Source of the DNA: an uncultured Pseudomonadota bacterium
GTDB taxonomy: Bacteria; Pseudomonadota; Gammaproteobacteria; Burkholderiales; JALYOK01
DNA: 64,000 nt
Direction of reading: 5' to 3'
Assembly: GCA_902826775.1 (NCBI GenBank)
Contig: CADEHE010000009.1
Coordinates: 107,726-171,725 of the forward strand
This document shows positions 30,948 to 37,732 of this stretch, one piece after another. The first letter of the stretch is position 1. Each line of letters starts with the position of its first letter. The notes under the pieces are model-generated. The model was not told the DNA's origin. It did no database searches and saw only the letters and a program-made list of their open reading frames with translations. The position numbers and the translations under genes were made by a program.

Positions 30948-31357
30948 CTAAATGCGGACTGTCGTCAAATTCCGCTGTAGGGTACTGCTAGGTCGTGCCG
31001 CCACCGGCGGTTCCACGGCTGCCTGTGCCACGAGTTTCGCTAGCAAGTCAATCGCCTTCGCGTAATCAGCCTCCACCTGCTGGAGTTGCGCATCCTTAGA
31101 GGACTCGCGCGCCTTACCCAGCCGCATCCAGAGGACCGCGAGATCGCGCCTGGCTACGATACTGTCCTTGTCTTCGGCAAGTGCGGCTTCGCGAAAGCGC
31201 AGCGCTTCGCCGAAGGAGGCGCTTGCCGCAGGTGCCGCTCTAGCAGCATTTTGACCCTCCCCACAGCACCCTTCGCGTGGTAGGTGATCGCTGCCTCCAA
31301 AGCGACCCAAGCTTTCGGGAGCCCCGCTTGGTCAAGTGTCAGAACTAGCGTGTCCAT
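30948..31357 (-). CDS. hypothetical protein, possibly frameshifted
   Basis: Two overlapping minus-strand ORFs (31154..31357 and 30948..31310) in different frames. Confidence 0.25.
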
Positions 31358-31427
31358 TAGTCACCCTTATCTTTCTCGAAATGGCAGACCGGATGTTCTC
31401 CCCCCCGGTCTGCCTACTCGTTAGGCC

Positions 31428-32579
31428 TTACGGCCGGATTTTGACCAGATCCTTGAGCACGCCCTCCAGGCCACCGAACACCGAGATCTTGTCGATCTTC
31501 TCGGTCACCTTTTCCAGCGTTTCAAGCTCCTTCAGCCGCAGTGCGACCGGGTTGTCTTCCATCACCTTGGCGGTGTTGAGCAGAGAACGCGTTGCCGCCG
31601 TTTCTTCGCGGCGGCGAATGACGTTCGCCTGCGCAGCCTTCTCGGCTTCAACAACCTTGGCGAGGATGGTCTTCATCTCGCCCGGCAGGATAATGTCCTT
31701 CACCCCGACAGCCTCGACCTCCAATCCGTAACCCGACACACGGCGCTTGATATGCTCGCTCACCACGTCGTCGATAATGCTCTTGTTTTCAAGCAACTCG
31801 TCGAGACTACGCGTGCCCACCGCCGCACGCAGCCCAAACTGCAGTTCCTTGTACAAGAACTCCGTCGGCTTGGCCTGCTTGGCAAACGCCGTTTGCACAT
31901 CCGTGAAGCGATAGCCGGCCGTCAAGTTCACGCGCAGGCTGACCTTGTCCTTGGTCAAGATCTCCTGACCGGCCACGTCGAGCGCCTGCAAACGCAAATC
32001 GACCGTGTCGACCTTCACGTCACGCAGGTAGCGCCAGAAGTAATGAAGTCCCGACGCCAGCAAACCTGATTGCAGTTTGCCGTCGACATAAAGCAAGCCC
32101 ACGCTGTGCTCCGGCACCAAAGCCACGAACACGCCCTCGCTGCCGGCGATCTTGATGCCTCCGCGCAGAATGAGTGCGGCGGTTTCTGGCATCAACGCCG
32201 GCGCGATCGCGAAGTCCGATACGATATCGATCGTCTCGAACTCGACATCGATGTAGCCCCTCCAGTAGAGTCGGCGCGTATTCGGCGCCAGCACTTCGAC
32301 CAGCACAGCGTTTTCATAGCGCAATGCGATCTGCGTCGCGCTGAGCTCGACGGCTGTAAATTCGCGCCCGACAACCTCCGGCTCGGCCTTCATCAAGTAA
32401 TCAGCCAGCTTGTGGTCGAACGCGGTCTTCGCGAGCGAGAACTTCTCGATCGTGAGACGCTTGAGCGGGTCGAAGTACAGGTACTCGCCCGCCCCTAGAA
32501 CCTTGACGAAGTCGCCGCGCCGAAGCAACAGCGCGCGTTCGTCCTTCTTCACATGAAACTTAGTCATCAACATGGTCAT
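31428..32579 (-). CDS. SPFH/band-7 (slipin-like) domain protein
   Basis: Band-7 core followed by a coiled-coil C-terminus; start taken at MTMLMTKF. Confidence 0.7.
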   Translation of the reverse strand: MTMLMTKFHVKKDERALLLRRGDFVKVLGAGEYLYFDPLKRLTIEKFSLAKTAFDHKLADYLMKAEPEVVGREFTAVELSATQIALRYENAVLVEVLAPNTRRLYWRGYIDVEFETIDIVSDFAIAPALMPETAALILRGGIKIAGSEGVFVALVPEHSVGLLYVDGKLQSGLLASGLHYFWRYLRDVKVDTVDLRLQALDVAGQEILTKDKVSLRVNLTAGYRFTDVQTAFAKQAKPTEFLYKELQFGLRAAVGTRSLDELLENKSIIDDVVSEHIKRRVSGYGLEVEAVGVKDIILPGEMKTILAKVVEAEKAAQANVIRRREETAATRSLLNTAKVMEDNPVALRLKELETLEKVTEKIDKISVFGGLEGVLKDLVKIRP

Positions 32580-32853
32580 TCTCCTTGTTCTCAGATCAAT
32601 TGGTTCCGGCTTCCCGACCGCACAACGGGCATCCGTGTTGTCCGTGCCGGAGCACAGCCGCGCCTTGCGTGGGTCGCATCGGCCAGGCTCGATACACTCC
32701 AAGCCAGGCCAAGCAAATCACGCTCGGCTGTTGCTGCCTCGCGCGCGAACGCCAACAGCGCACAAGTCATACGGGCGGTGTGGCTGGCGATACACTGCCA
32801 ACCACCGAAGCCGGCCCCGGGTACTACAGTCGAAAGCCTTTCAAGGGCTTTGC

Positions 32854-32926
32854 TTTTCCAGCGGGATTCGAACCCGCGACCGATCGGTTATAAGCCGATT
32901 GCTCTACCCACTGAGCCATGGAAAAT
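32854..32926 (-). tRNA. tRNA-Ile(TAT)-like
   Basis: 73 nt; acceptor UUUUCCA/UGGAAAA; D-stem GCUC/GAGC; anticodon loop CUUAUAA; T-loop GGGTTCGAATCCC; no CCA. Confidence 0.6.
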
Positions 32927-33000
32927 GGAGCGTGCGGTAAGAGTCGAACTCACGACCTCGAGCTTTGGGGCTCGCGCTCTACCACTGAGCTACGCCCGCC
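32927..33000 (-). tRNA. tRNA-like with 6-nt anticodon loop (CCCAAA)
   Basis: Good acceptor, D- and T-arms and CCA, but the anticodon stem CGAGC/GCUCG encloses only 6 nt. Confidence 0.45.
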
Positions 33001-33167
33001 TATATCCATCGCTCCCGCATCGCGGTATGCGCCGATCCAACTCAAGGAGGGACGAGCGCACCAGGGAGGAACTCAAGAGCCTCACCCGCTGACAATGCGT
33101 TCACGACGAATTCGTTCTTGCCGTACTCGGCAAGATTGGATGTGGCAAATTGAAGGCAGAATGAGCT

Positions 33168-33282
33168 GGCACCGCCGGCAGGACTCGAACCCACAGCTAC
33201 GCAAAGGCAGGCGAAGGCTGAGCTTTGCTCATCTTCGCGTGCGTTCGAAGCGCGGCACTCTTCCATTGAGTTACGGCGGTGT
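33168..33282 (-). tRNA. 115-nt tRNA-like gene with 40-nt insert (type A)
   Basis: Acceptor CACCGCC/GGCGGUG plus CCA, D-arm and T-arm GGTTCGAGTCC are present. The anticodon/variable region is replaced by ACGCGAAGAUGAGCAAAGCUCAGCCUUCGCCUGCCUUUGCGU, which is identical to the insert in 36691-36806. Confidence 0.5.
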
Positions 33283-33288
33283 AAATCT

Positions 33289-33363
33289 GGTAGGCCCTGC
33301 AGGAATCGAACCTGCCTGGTGCGGAGTAAAAGTCCGCTGCCTCGCCGCTCGGCCAAGGACCCA
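33289..33363 (-). tRNA. tRNA-Lys(TTT)
   Basis: Anticodon stem GCGGA/UCCGC with loop CUUUUAC; T-arm GCAGG-TTCGATT-CCTGC; CCA encoded. Confidence 0.65.
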
Positions 33364-33370
33364 CATTGTT

Positions 33371-33474
33371 GGTTGGCGCGCACGCGCCGCGATAGGCGGC
33401 GCATGCTCTTTTCCAATCGAACCAAGCCGATCCTGTTTGTAAGACAGGTGTTTCCGCCAGGAAACCACGCGCCA
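33371..33474 (-). tRNA. tRNA-Val(TAC)-like with ~30-nt insertion 3' of the T-loop
   Basis: Acceptor GGCGCGU/GCGCGCC, D-stem GUUU/AAAC and anticodon arm CCUGU-CUUACAA-ACAGG are intact. The T-stem 3' half is replaced by an insert carrying the GCGCCGC/GCGGCGC hairpin. Confidence 0.4.
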
Positions 33475-33482
33475 GCTATCGT

Positions 33483-33726
33483 TCATAGTGATCGCGCATC
33501 ACGCCGTCGAAACCGGCCGCTGCGCAGACAGCATTTCTTGAAAGCTCTTGCTTGATCCGCACGGGCACGGATCGTTGCGACCGAGCTTATCGACGAGCTC
33601 TTTGTTACCGTGCACGACGCGTGCGCCACGTTTAACGCGGGTCTCCGATGGGAAACCTCTGCGGTGTTTGCTAGTGAGCTCGAAAGCTTTCCTGTTCTTC
33701 GTAATCGATTGCGTGCTTGTTCATGA
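33483..33726 (-). pseudogene. SEC-C motif domain small protein, disrupted by two frameshifts
   Basis: [14 protein letters not shown] (frame 1) continues in frame 2 through ...[15 protein letters not shown] and in frame 3 through [10 protein letters not shown]...; this reconstitutes the SEC-C zinc motif DPCPCGS..K.KKCC. Confidence 0.5.
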
Positions 33727-33782
33727 TGCACTCCCTCTATTGGTGCCCGGCTTACGCGGTCCAGGCTTCGCCGCATGATTGT

Positions 33783-33858
33783 TGGTAGGGGATCCAGGAT
33801 TCGAACCTGGGATGGTCGGCTTCAAAGACCGCTGCCGTGGCCGCTTGGCTAATCCCCT
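33783..33858 (-). tRNA. tRNA-Gln(TTG)
   Basis: Acceptor AGGGGAU/AUCCCCU; anticodon loop CUUUGAA with one mismatch in the stem; T-arm CCAGG-TTCGAAT-CCTGG; CCA encoded. Confidence 0.6.
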
Positions 33859-33870
33859 ACGTGTATGAGT

Positions 33871-33946
33871 TGGGGTGACCGACCGGAATCGAACCGGTAC
33901 CGCCGCGTTCACAGCGCGGCACTCTTGCCGTTGAGCTACGGCCACC
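33871..33946 (-). tRNA. tRNA-His(GTG)
   Basis: Encoded G-1 pairing with discriminator C gives the 8-bp acceptor; anticodon arm CCGCG-CUGUGAA-CGCGG; T-arm ACCGG-TTCGATT-CCGGT; CCA. Confidence 0.8.
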
Positions 33947-33956
33947 GTTGTAGTGT

Positions 33957-34034
33957 TGGCTCCGGCCAGTGGGATCGAACCACTCTCGTTCGCCGTTAAC
34001 AGCGGCGCGCTCTCACCTTGAAAGCTAGACCGGA
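33957..34034 (-). tRNA. tRNA-Asn(GTT)
   Basis: Anticodon arm CGCCG-CUGUUAA-CGGCG; T-arm AGTGG-TTCGATC-CCACT; CCA. Confidence 0.75.
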
Positions 34035-34042
34035 AAGGAGTT

Positions 34043-34117
34043 TGGCAGACCAGGAGGGATTCGAACCCCCATACGCGGTTTTGGAGACCGCTGCTCTGGC
34101 CGTTGAACCACTGGTCT
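34043..34117 (-). tRNA. tRNA-Trp(CCA)
   Basis: Anticodon arm GCGGU-CUCCAAA-ACCGC; perfect acceptor AGACCAG/CUGGUCU; CCA. Confidence 0.75.
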
Positions 34118-34191
34118 GTAGGCCGCGAGCGGCGCCGAGGGCGGAAACAACCTGCCACCGGCGCATCGCGGATAGAACTAACGCGCTCGCG

Positions 34192-35412
34192 CTACCCTTT
34201 CACGCACAGCACTTGCTTCAGGGTATGCACGACTTCGACCAGATCCGATTGCGCCGCCATCACTTCGTCGATGGACTTATATGCGCCCGGGATCTCGTCA
34301 ACCACGCCGCTGTCTTTACGACACTCGACACCGGCGGTTTGCTGCACCAAGTCCTCTTGCGAGAAGCGGCGCTTGGCTTCACCCCGGCTCATGCGGCGCC
34401 CCGCACCGTGCGAGCAGGACGCATACGCATCGGCATTCCCCTTGCCCTTCACGATGTAGGACTTCACCCCCATGCTGCCCGGGATGATGCCGAGCTGGCC
34501 TTCACGCGCTGACACCGCCCCTTTGCGCGTCACCCAGATTTGTTCGCCGAAGTGTTCTTCCAGGTTAGCGTAGTTGTGGTGACAGTTGATCGCTTCGAAT
34601 TGCGCTTCGATCTTACGACCGAGCGCATGCTCCAGCGCTCGCTTCACCAAATGCAGCATGATGTCGCGGTTAAGCGCCGCGTAGTCTTGGCACCAACGAA
34701 GGGCTGCGATGTACTCGTCGAATTCCTGACTGCCTTGGTCTAGCCACGCCAGATCACGATCCGGCAAGTGTGTTTGGTTCTGCCGAGCGAGTTCTCGAGC
34801 GGTGGTGACCGCGGCCTCGCCGACAGTTTTGCCGACGTTGCGGCTGCCGGAGTGCAGCATGATCCACACACCTTGGGCTTCATCTAGGCACAACTCGATG
34901 AAGTGATTTCCGCCACCGAGCGTACCAAGCTGTTGCCACATGCGTTTGTGATCAAATTTGCCCACACGCGCCATGATTTGCAGGGCATCGAAGCGCGGCA
35001 TCAACGCCTCGATGCGACGCTTGAGCGCCATGCCTTCAAGGCCTTGGTTACCAGGCTTGACGCTATCGCCGTGGTAGTTGAAGCCGACCGGCACATCGCG
35101 TTCGATCTGGTGACGAACTTTTTTCAAACTGTCCGGCAGATCGGAGGCGGTCAGTTGTGTCTTCATTGCCACCATGCCGCAGCCGATATCTACGCCCACT
35201 GCAGCGGGGATGATCGCACCGCGAGTTGGAATGACGCTGCCAACTGTTGCACCCATGCCGAAATGCACGTCCGGCATGATCGAGATATGACCAGCCAGGA
35301 TTGGTAACGCGGAAATGTTGCGGATTTGCTGCAACGCTTGCTGCCCGACTTCCATATCGCCGGTCCATAGGCGCACGCCCTTTATCGTTTGTTCGTATTG
35401 GTTCTTAAGCAT
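34192..35412 (-). CDS. rtcB: RNA-splicing ligase RtcB (3'-phosphate/5'-hydroxyl RNA ligase)
   Basis: ~406 aa; RtcB motifs IMPDVHFG, GSVIPT, AVGVDIGCGM and C-terminal HGAGR; SD GGAAAGGAGG lies 5 nt upstream of ATG 35412. Confidence 0.85.
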   Translation of the reverse strand: MLKNQYEQTIKGVRLWTGDMEVGQQALQQIRNISALPILAGHISIMPDVHFGMGATVGSVIPTRGAIIPAAVGVDIGCGMVAMKTQLTASDLPDSLKKVRHQIERDVPVGFNYHGDSVKPGNQGLEGMALKRRIEALMPRFDALQIMARVGKFDHKRMWQQLGTLGGGNHFIELCLDEAQGVWIMLHSGSRNVGKTVGEAAVTTARELARQNQTHLPDRDLAWLDQGSQEFDEYIAALRWCQDYAALNRDIMLHLVKRALEHALGRKIEAQFEAINCHHNYANLEEHFGEQIWVTRKGAVSAREGQLGIIPGSMGVKSYIVKGKGNADAYASCSHGAGRRMSRGEAKRRFSQEDLVQQTAGVECRKDSGVVDEIPGAYKSIDEVMAAQSDLVEVVHTLKQVLCVKG

Positions 35413-35452
35413 GACGCCTCCTTTCCGTACGGCGTTATTGTGGTTGAGAAAA

Positions 35453-35530
35453 TGGTCAGTGCGGTGAGATTCGAACTCAGGACCTCCGCGTTCCGGACGC
35501 GGCGCGCTGGTCAAGCTGCGCTACGCACTG
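35453..35530 (-). tRNA. tRNA-Pro(CGG)
   Basis: Perfect acceptor CAGUGCG/CGCACUG; D-stem GCGC/GCGC; anticodon arm CCGCG-UCCGGAA-CGCGG; CCA. Confidence 0.75.
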
Positions 35531-35536
35531 GAAATA

Positions 35537-35733
35537 TGGTCCTTGGAGTTGGGTTCGCACCATCCCCGCGCAGCGTGGCCCCTTGGTACGTGGGCAGCGA
35601 TGCGGGCGTACTCGCGCCGATAAACGTTAGCACGGTCGATGCGCGCCTACACGGTCGCTCGTTCCGAGGCGCCTCGTTTCGGCGCGCCTCGCAAGCATCG
35701 GTCGCGCGCTCTGCTAGGCTGAGCTACCCAAGG
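35537..35733 (-). tRNA. 197-nt tRNA-like unit with ~125-nt internal insertion
   Basis: Acceptor CCUUGGG/UCCAAGG plus A-CCA and canonical 5' GUAGCUCAGC...GAGC D-arm; atypical T-loop (GGUGCGAACCC); GC-palindromic internal insert, no canonical anticodon arm found. Confidence 0.35.
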
Positions 35734-35743
35734 AGATTGTTAG

Positions 35744-35816
35744 CAGGGGTGCTTGGATTTGAACCAAGGTCATTCGGTTTCAGAGGCCGACGTTCTCGCC
35801 GCTGAACTACACCCCG
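35744..35816 (-). tRNA. tRNA-Gln(CTG)
   Basis: Perfect D-stem GUUC/GAAC; anticodon loop CUCUGAA; T-arm CUUGG-TTCAAAT-CCAAG; 1:72 is a C-U mismatch (compare the weak U1-A72 of Gln tRNAs); no CCA. Confidence 0.55.
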
Positions 35817-35825
35817 CTTGATAGG

Positions 35826-35902
35826 TGGTGCCGTCGGCCAGGTATTGAGCCTGCCTCTCGGGCTTTTCAGACCCGCGCTAATCCGTCTCAGCTACAGCGG
35901 CA
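35826..35902 (-). tRNA. tRNA-Phe(GAA)-like with aberrant T-arm
   Basis: Anticodon arm CGGGU-CUGAAAA-GCCCG; T-loop CTCAATA with a bulged stem. Confidence 0.5.
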
Positions 35903-35908
35903 TTCATT

Positions 35909-35983
35909 TGGAGATGCGCCTCGGAGTCGAACCGAGTTCTCCCGCTCTGCACACGGGCACCTAAGCCGTTCGGCCAACGCATC
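35909..35983 (-). tRNA. tRNA-Cys(GCA)
   Basis: Anticodon arm CCCGU-GUGCAGA-GCGGG; T-arm CTCGG-TTCGACT-CCGAG; CCA. Confidence 0.65.
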
Positions 35984-35990
35984 ATGATTC

Positions 35991-36065
35991 TGGAGCCGCA
36001 TTCGGGAGTTGAACCCGCTTCCCCGGTTTACAAAACCGGCGCATCACCGCCAATGCTTGTGCGGC
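35991..36065 (-). tRNA. tRNA-Thr(TGT)
   Basis: D-stem GCAU/AUGC; anticodon arm CCGGU-UUUGUAA-ACCGG; CCA. Confidence 0.7.
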
Positions 36066-36071
36066 CGTACT

Positions 36072-36148
36072 TGGTGGTTCGGGCTGGAGTCGAACCAGCG
36101 TCCTGCGGGTTATGAGCCCGCTGCTCTTCCGTGCTGAGCTAGCGAACC
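36072..36148 (-). tRNA. tRNA-Met(CAT), elongator-type
   Basis: Anticodon arm GCGGG-CUCAUAA-CCCGC; paired 1:72, so not an initiator; CCA. Confidence 0.75.
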
Positions 36149-36154
36149 GAAATC

Positions 36155-36231
36155 TGGCACCCCTGGCAGGATTCGAACCTGCACCGGCGCGGGTAGAAGC
36201 CGCGTGCTCTGATCCGTTGAGCTACAGGGGC
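36155..36231 (-). tRNA. tRNA-Arg(TCT)
   Basis: Anticodon arm CGCGG-CUUCUAC-CCGCG; T-arm GCAGG-TTCGAAT-CCTGC; CCA. Confidence 0.75.
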
Positions 36232-36237
36232 AATTGT

Positions 36238-36315
36238 TGGTGCGACGCCTGCGAGTCGAACGCAGAAGCCATCCGGTTTAAGCGGACGAGGTATACCGAT
36301 TCCCATCGGCGTCGC
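36238..36315 (-). tRNA. tRNA-Leu(TAA)-like with short variable arm
   Basis: Perfect acceptor GCGACGC/GCGUCGC; anticodon arm GUCCG-CUUAAAC-CGGAU; class I-length variable loop and an atypical D-region; CCA. Confidence 0.5.
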
Positions 36316-36325
36316 AATTCGTTGA

Positions 36326-36419
36326 TGTGCCGCCCGAGATTCGAGCTCGGAAGCCGAAAGGTTTGAGCTTTCGAGGGGACGGCAAGGGGCTCTGCCCTCT
36401 GGTCAGCCGTCAGCAGCAC
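36326..36419 (-). tRNA. tRNA-Leu(CAA)-like, 94 nt, with a hairpin inserted in the D-loop
   Basis: Acceptor GUGCUGC/GCGGCAC; D-stem ACGGC/GCCGU encloses the GGGCAGAGCCC hairpin; anticodon arm with loop CUCAAAC; T-arm CCGAG-CTCGAAT-CTCGG; no CCA. Confidence 0.4.
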
Positions 36420-36429
36420 ATGGTTGATC

Positions 36430-36508
36430 TGGCGAGGCGTAGGGGATTTGAACCCCTGATCTTCGGATCGACAATCCGATGCATTCAGCCGGACTATGCT
36501 AACGCCTC
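36430..36508 (-). tRNA. tRNA-Asp(GTC)
   Basis: Perfect acceptor GAGGCGU/ACGCCUC; anticodon arm UCGGA-UUGUCGA-UCCGA; T-arm AGGGG-TTCAAAT-CCCCT; CCA. Confidence 0.8.
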
Positions 36509-36535
36509 AAAAATCCGCAGCACCAAAGCTGCGGC
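36509..36535 (-). terminator. rho-independent terminator-like hairpin inside the array
   Basis: Minus strand reads CCGCAGCUUUGGUGCUGCGG followed by AUUUUU. Confidence 0.4.
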
Positions 36536-36589
36536 AAAACCCAACTCGCAAACGTGTGAAACGCTGCCAAGTCAGGAGGAGGAGACTGT

Positions 36590-36682
36590 TGGCGGAGAGA
36601 CAGGGATTCGAACCCTGGCATCATCGTTACCGACGATTCTTGTTTAGCAGACAAGCGCCTTAGTCCACTCGGCCACCTCTCC
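36590..36682 (-). tRNA. tRNA-Ser(GCT)
   Basis: Type II D-arm GCCGAGUGGACUAAGGC; anticodon arm CUUGU-CUGCUAA-ACAAG; long variable arm; CCA. Confidence 0.75.
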
Positions 36683-36690
36683 ATTGATGC

Positions 36691-36806
36691 TGGCATCCCC
36701 GGCAGGATTCAAACCTGCGACCACGCAAAGGCAGGCGAAGCCTGAGCTTTGCTCATCTTCGCGTCGATTCGTAATCCGTCGCGCTATCCGCTGCGCTACG
36801 GGGATG
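36691..36806 (-). tRNA. 116-nt tRNA-like gene with 40-nt insert (type B)
   Basis: Perfect acceptor AUCCCCG/CGGGGAU plus G-CCA, canonical D-arm GCGC-AGCGGAUA-GCGC and T-arm GCAGG-TTTGAAT-CCTGC. The central region carries the same 40-nt block as 33168-33282. Confidence 0.5.
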
Positions 36807-36812
36807 GCGTGC

Positions 36813-36900
36813 TGGTGGAAGGCAGGTCGAGTCGAACGCCAAGCCTCGCGGCTCCTTCTGCTTTCAAGGCGGTGCCCAGGCCCCCCCAGGGTTACCTTCC
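36813..36900 (-). tRNA. type II tRNA-like, Ser(TGA)-like loop, degenerate stems
   Basis: Acceptor GGAAGGU/GCCUUCC plus A-CCA; loop CUUGAAA identical to the Ser(UGA) anticodon loop, but the anticodon and T stems do not pair well. Confidence 0.4.
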
Positions 36901-36906
36901 GTCGTT

Positions 36907-36982
36907 TGGTGGAGATGGCGGGACTTCAACCCGCACGTTCTCGCTTGCAAAGCGAGTCCTCTAGCGATTGAGCTACATCCCC
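36907..36982 (-). tRNA. tRNA-Ala(TGC)
   Basis: G3:U70 identity pair present; anticodon arm CUCGC-UUUGCAA-GCGAG; T-arm GCGGG-TTGAAGT-CCCGC; CCA. Confidence 0.8.
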
Positions 36983-36993
36983 GTGAATCTTGC

Positions 36994-37068
36994 GGTGCGT
37001 CGCCCAGGAGTTGAACCTGGACCTTCCGGATTAAGAGTCCGACACTCTGTCAGTTGAGCTATCGACGC
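36994..37068 (-). tRNA. tRNA-Lys(CTT)
   Basis: Anticodon arm UCGGA-CUCUUAA-UCCGG; T-arm CCAGG-TTCAACT-CCTGG; 7:66 mismatch; CC encoded. Confidence 0.65.
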
Positions 37069-37071
37069 ATG

Positions 37072-37173
37072 TGGTGCGGGCGGTCGGTTTCGAACCGACG
37101 GCATCGAGTTTGGAAGGCTCGCGCACGCGAGCGCAGCCGAGCACCACCGTTATTGCATCTGAGCTACACCCGC
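37072..37173 (-). tRNA. 102-nt tRNA-like gene, anticodon undetermined
   Basis: Acceptor GCGGGUG/CGCCCGC plus A-CCA, UA-GCUC D-arm start and T-arm GTCGG-TTCGAAA-CCGAC; GC-palindromic central region. Confidence 0.4.
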
Positions 37174-37179
37174 CAATAC

Positions 37180-37255
37180 TGGTGAACCGTGCGGGGCTCG
37201 AACCCGCTACCTCCGGCTTGAAGGGCCGGGCGCGCGACGCTTTGCATTACGGTTC
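37180..37255 (-). tRNA. tRNA-Glu(TTC)
   Basis: Perfect acceptor GAACCGU/ACGGUUC; anticodon arm CCGGC-CCUUCAA-GCCGG; T-arm GCGGG-TTCGAGC-CCCGC; CCA. Confidence 0.7.
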
Positions 37256-37260
37256 ACACA

Positions 37261-37336
37261 TGGAGCAGACAGCGAGCCTCGAACTCGCAGCCTCGACGCT
37301 GGCGGCGTCGCGCTCTACCAACTGAGCTATGCCTGC
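37261..37336 (-). tRNA. tRNA-Gly(GCC)
   Basis: D-arm GCUC-AGUUGGUAG-AGC; anticodon arm CGACG-CCGCCAG-CGUCG (C33); CCA. Confidence 0.7.
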
Positions 37337-37511
37337 CCTCAATCTGTGTCTAGCCTGCCGCCCCGCTCGGCGAAGCATCGAACAAACCGCGTGTGAGGAC
37401 ACGATCAGCTCGCCTTCGCCGAGCGACGACAGACTTTTTTGCCACATCCAACTTGTAAAAGATCAAGCCGCGTGCCCCCGGTCGCTATGCCGGCGCGGTA
37501 CTGCCAAAATT

Positions 37512-37621
37512 TGGTGCCCCGCAGGGGCCGCAAGGGACCCTGCCCTTTGCTTAGCCGAGATTCGAACTCGGATCATTCGGTTTCTAAGACCGACGCGTAT
37601 GCCTTGTTCCGCCAGCGGGGC
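37512..37621 (-). tRNA. tRNA-Leu(TAG)-like with 32-nt insertion between T-arm and acceptor 3' strand
   Basis: Perfect acceptor GCCCCGC/GCGGGGC plus A-CCA; Leu-type D-arm UGGCGGAACAAGGCAUACGCG; anticodon arm UCGGU-CUUAGAA-ACCGA; T-arm CCGAG-TTCGAAT-CTCGG is followed by CUAAGCAAAGGGCAGGGUCCCUUGCGGCCCCU. Confidence 0.4.
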
Positions 37622-37622
37622 G

Positions 37623-37710
37623 TGGTGGATGGTGATGGAGTTGAACCACCGGTGTTCCTATGGAATCCTGCTTTACAGGAAGGCGCCTTCGTCCGCTCGG
37701 CCAACCATCC
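37623..37710 (-). tRNA. tRNA-Tyr(GTA)
   Basis: Perfect acceptor GGAUGGU/ACCAUCC plus A-CCA; type II D-arm; anticodon loop CUGUAAA; 16-nt variable arm; T-arm GGTGG-TTCAACT-CCATC. Confidence 0.65.
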
Positions 37711-37732
37711 AAGAAATCTGCATAAACAAAAA

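Noticed and set aside
32553-33442. Plus-strand ORFs of 102-179 aa crossing the tRNA array (32553..33092, 32572..32940, 32585..32893, 32918..33442)
   Set aside because: They run antisense through tandem tRNA genes and are low-complexity (R/P/S-rich); they are artefacts of the GC-rich tRNA sequence
34118-34191. Possible additional tRNA between tRNA-Trp and the rtcB stop
   Set aside because: No T-loop or acceptor pairing was found; there is only a weak 8-bp inverted repeat (CGCGAGCG/CGCUCGCG), possibly an rtcB 3' stem
34018-34512. Plus-strand ORF antisense to rtcB
   Set aside because: Overlaps the conserved RtcB frame; no independent support
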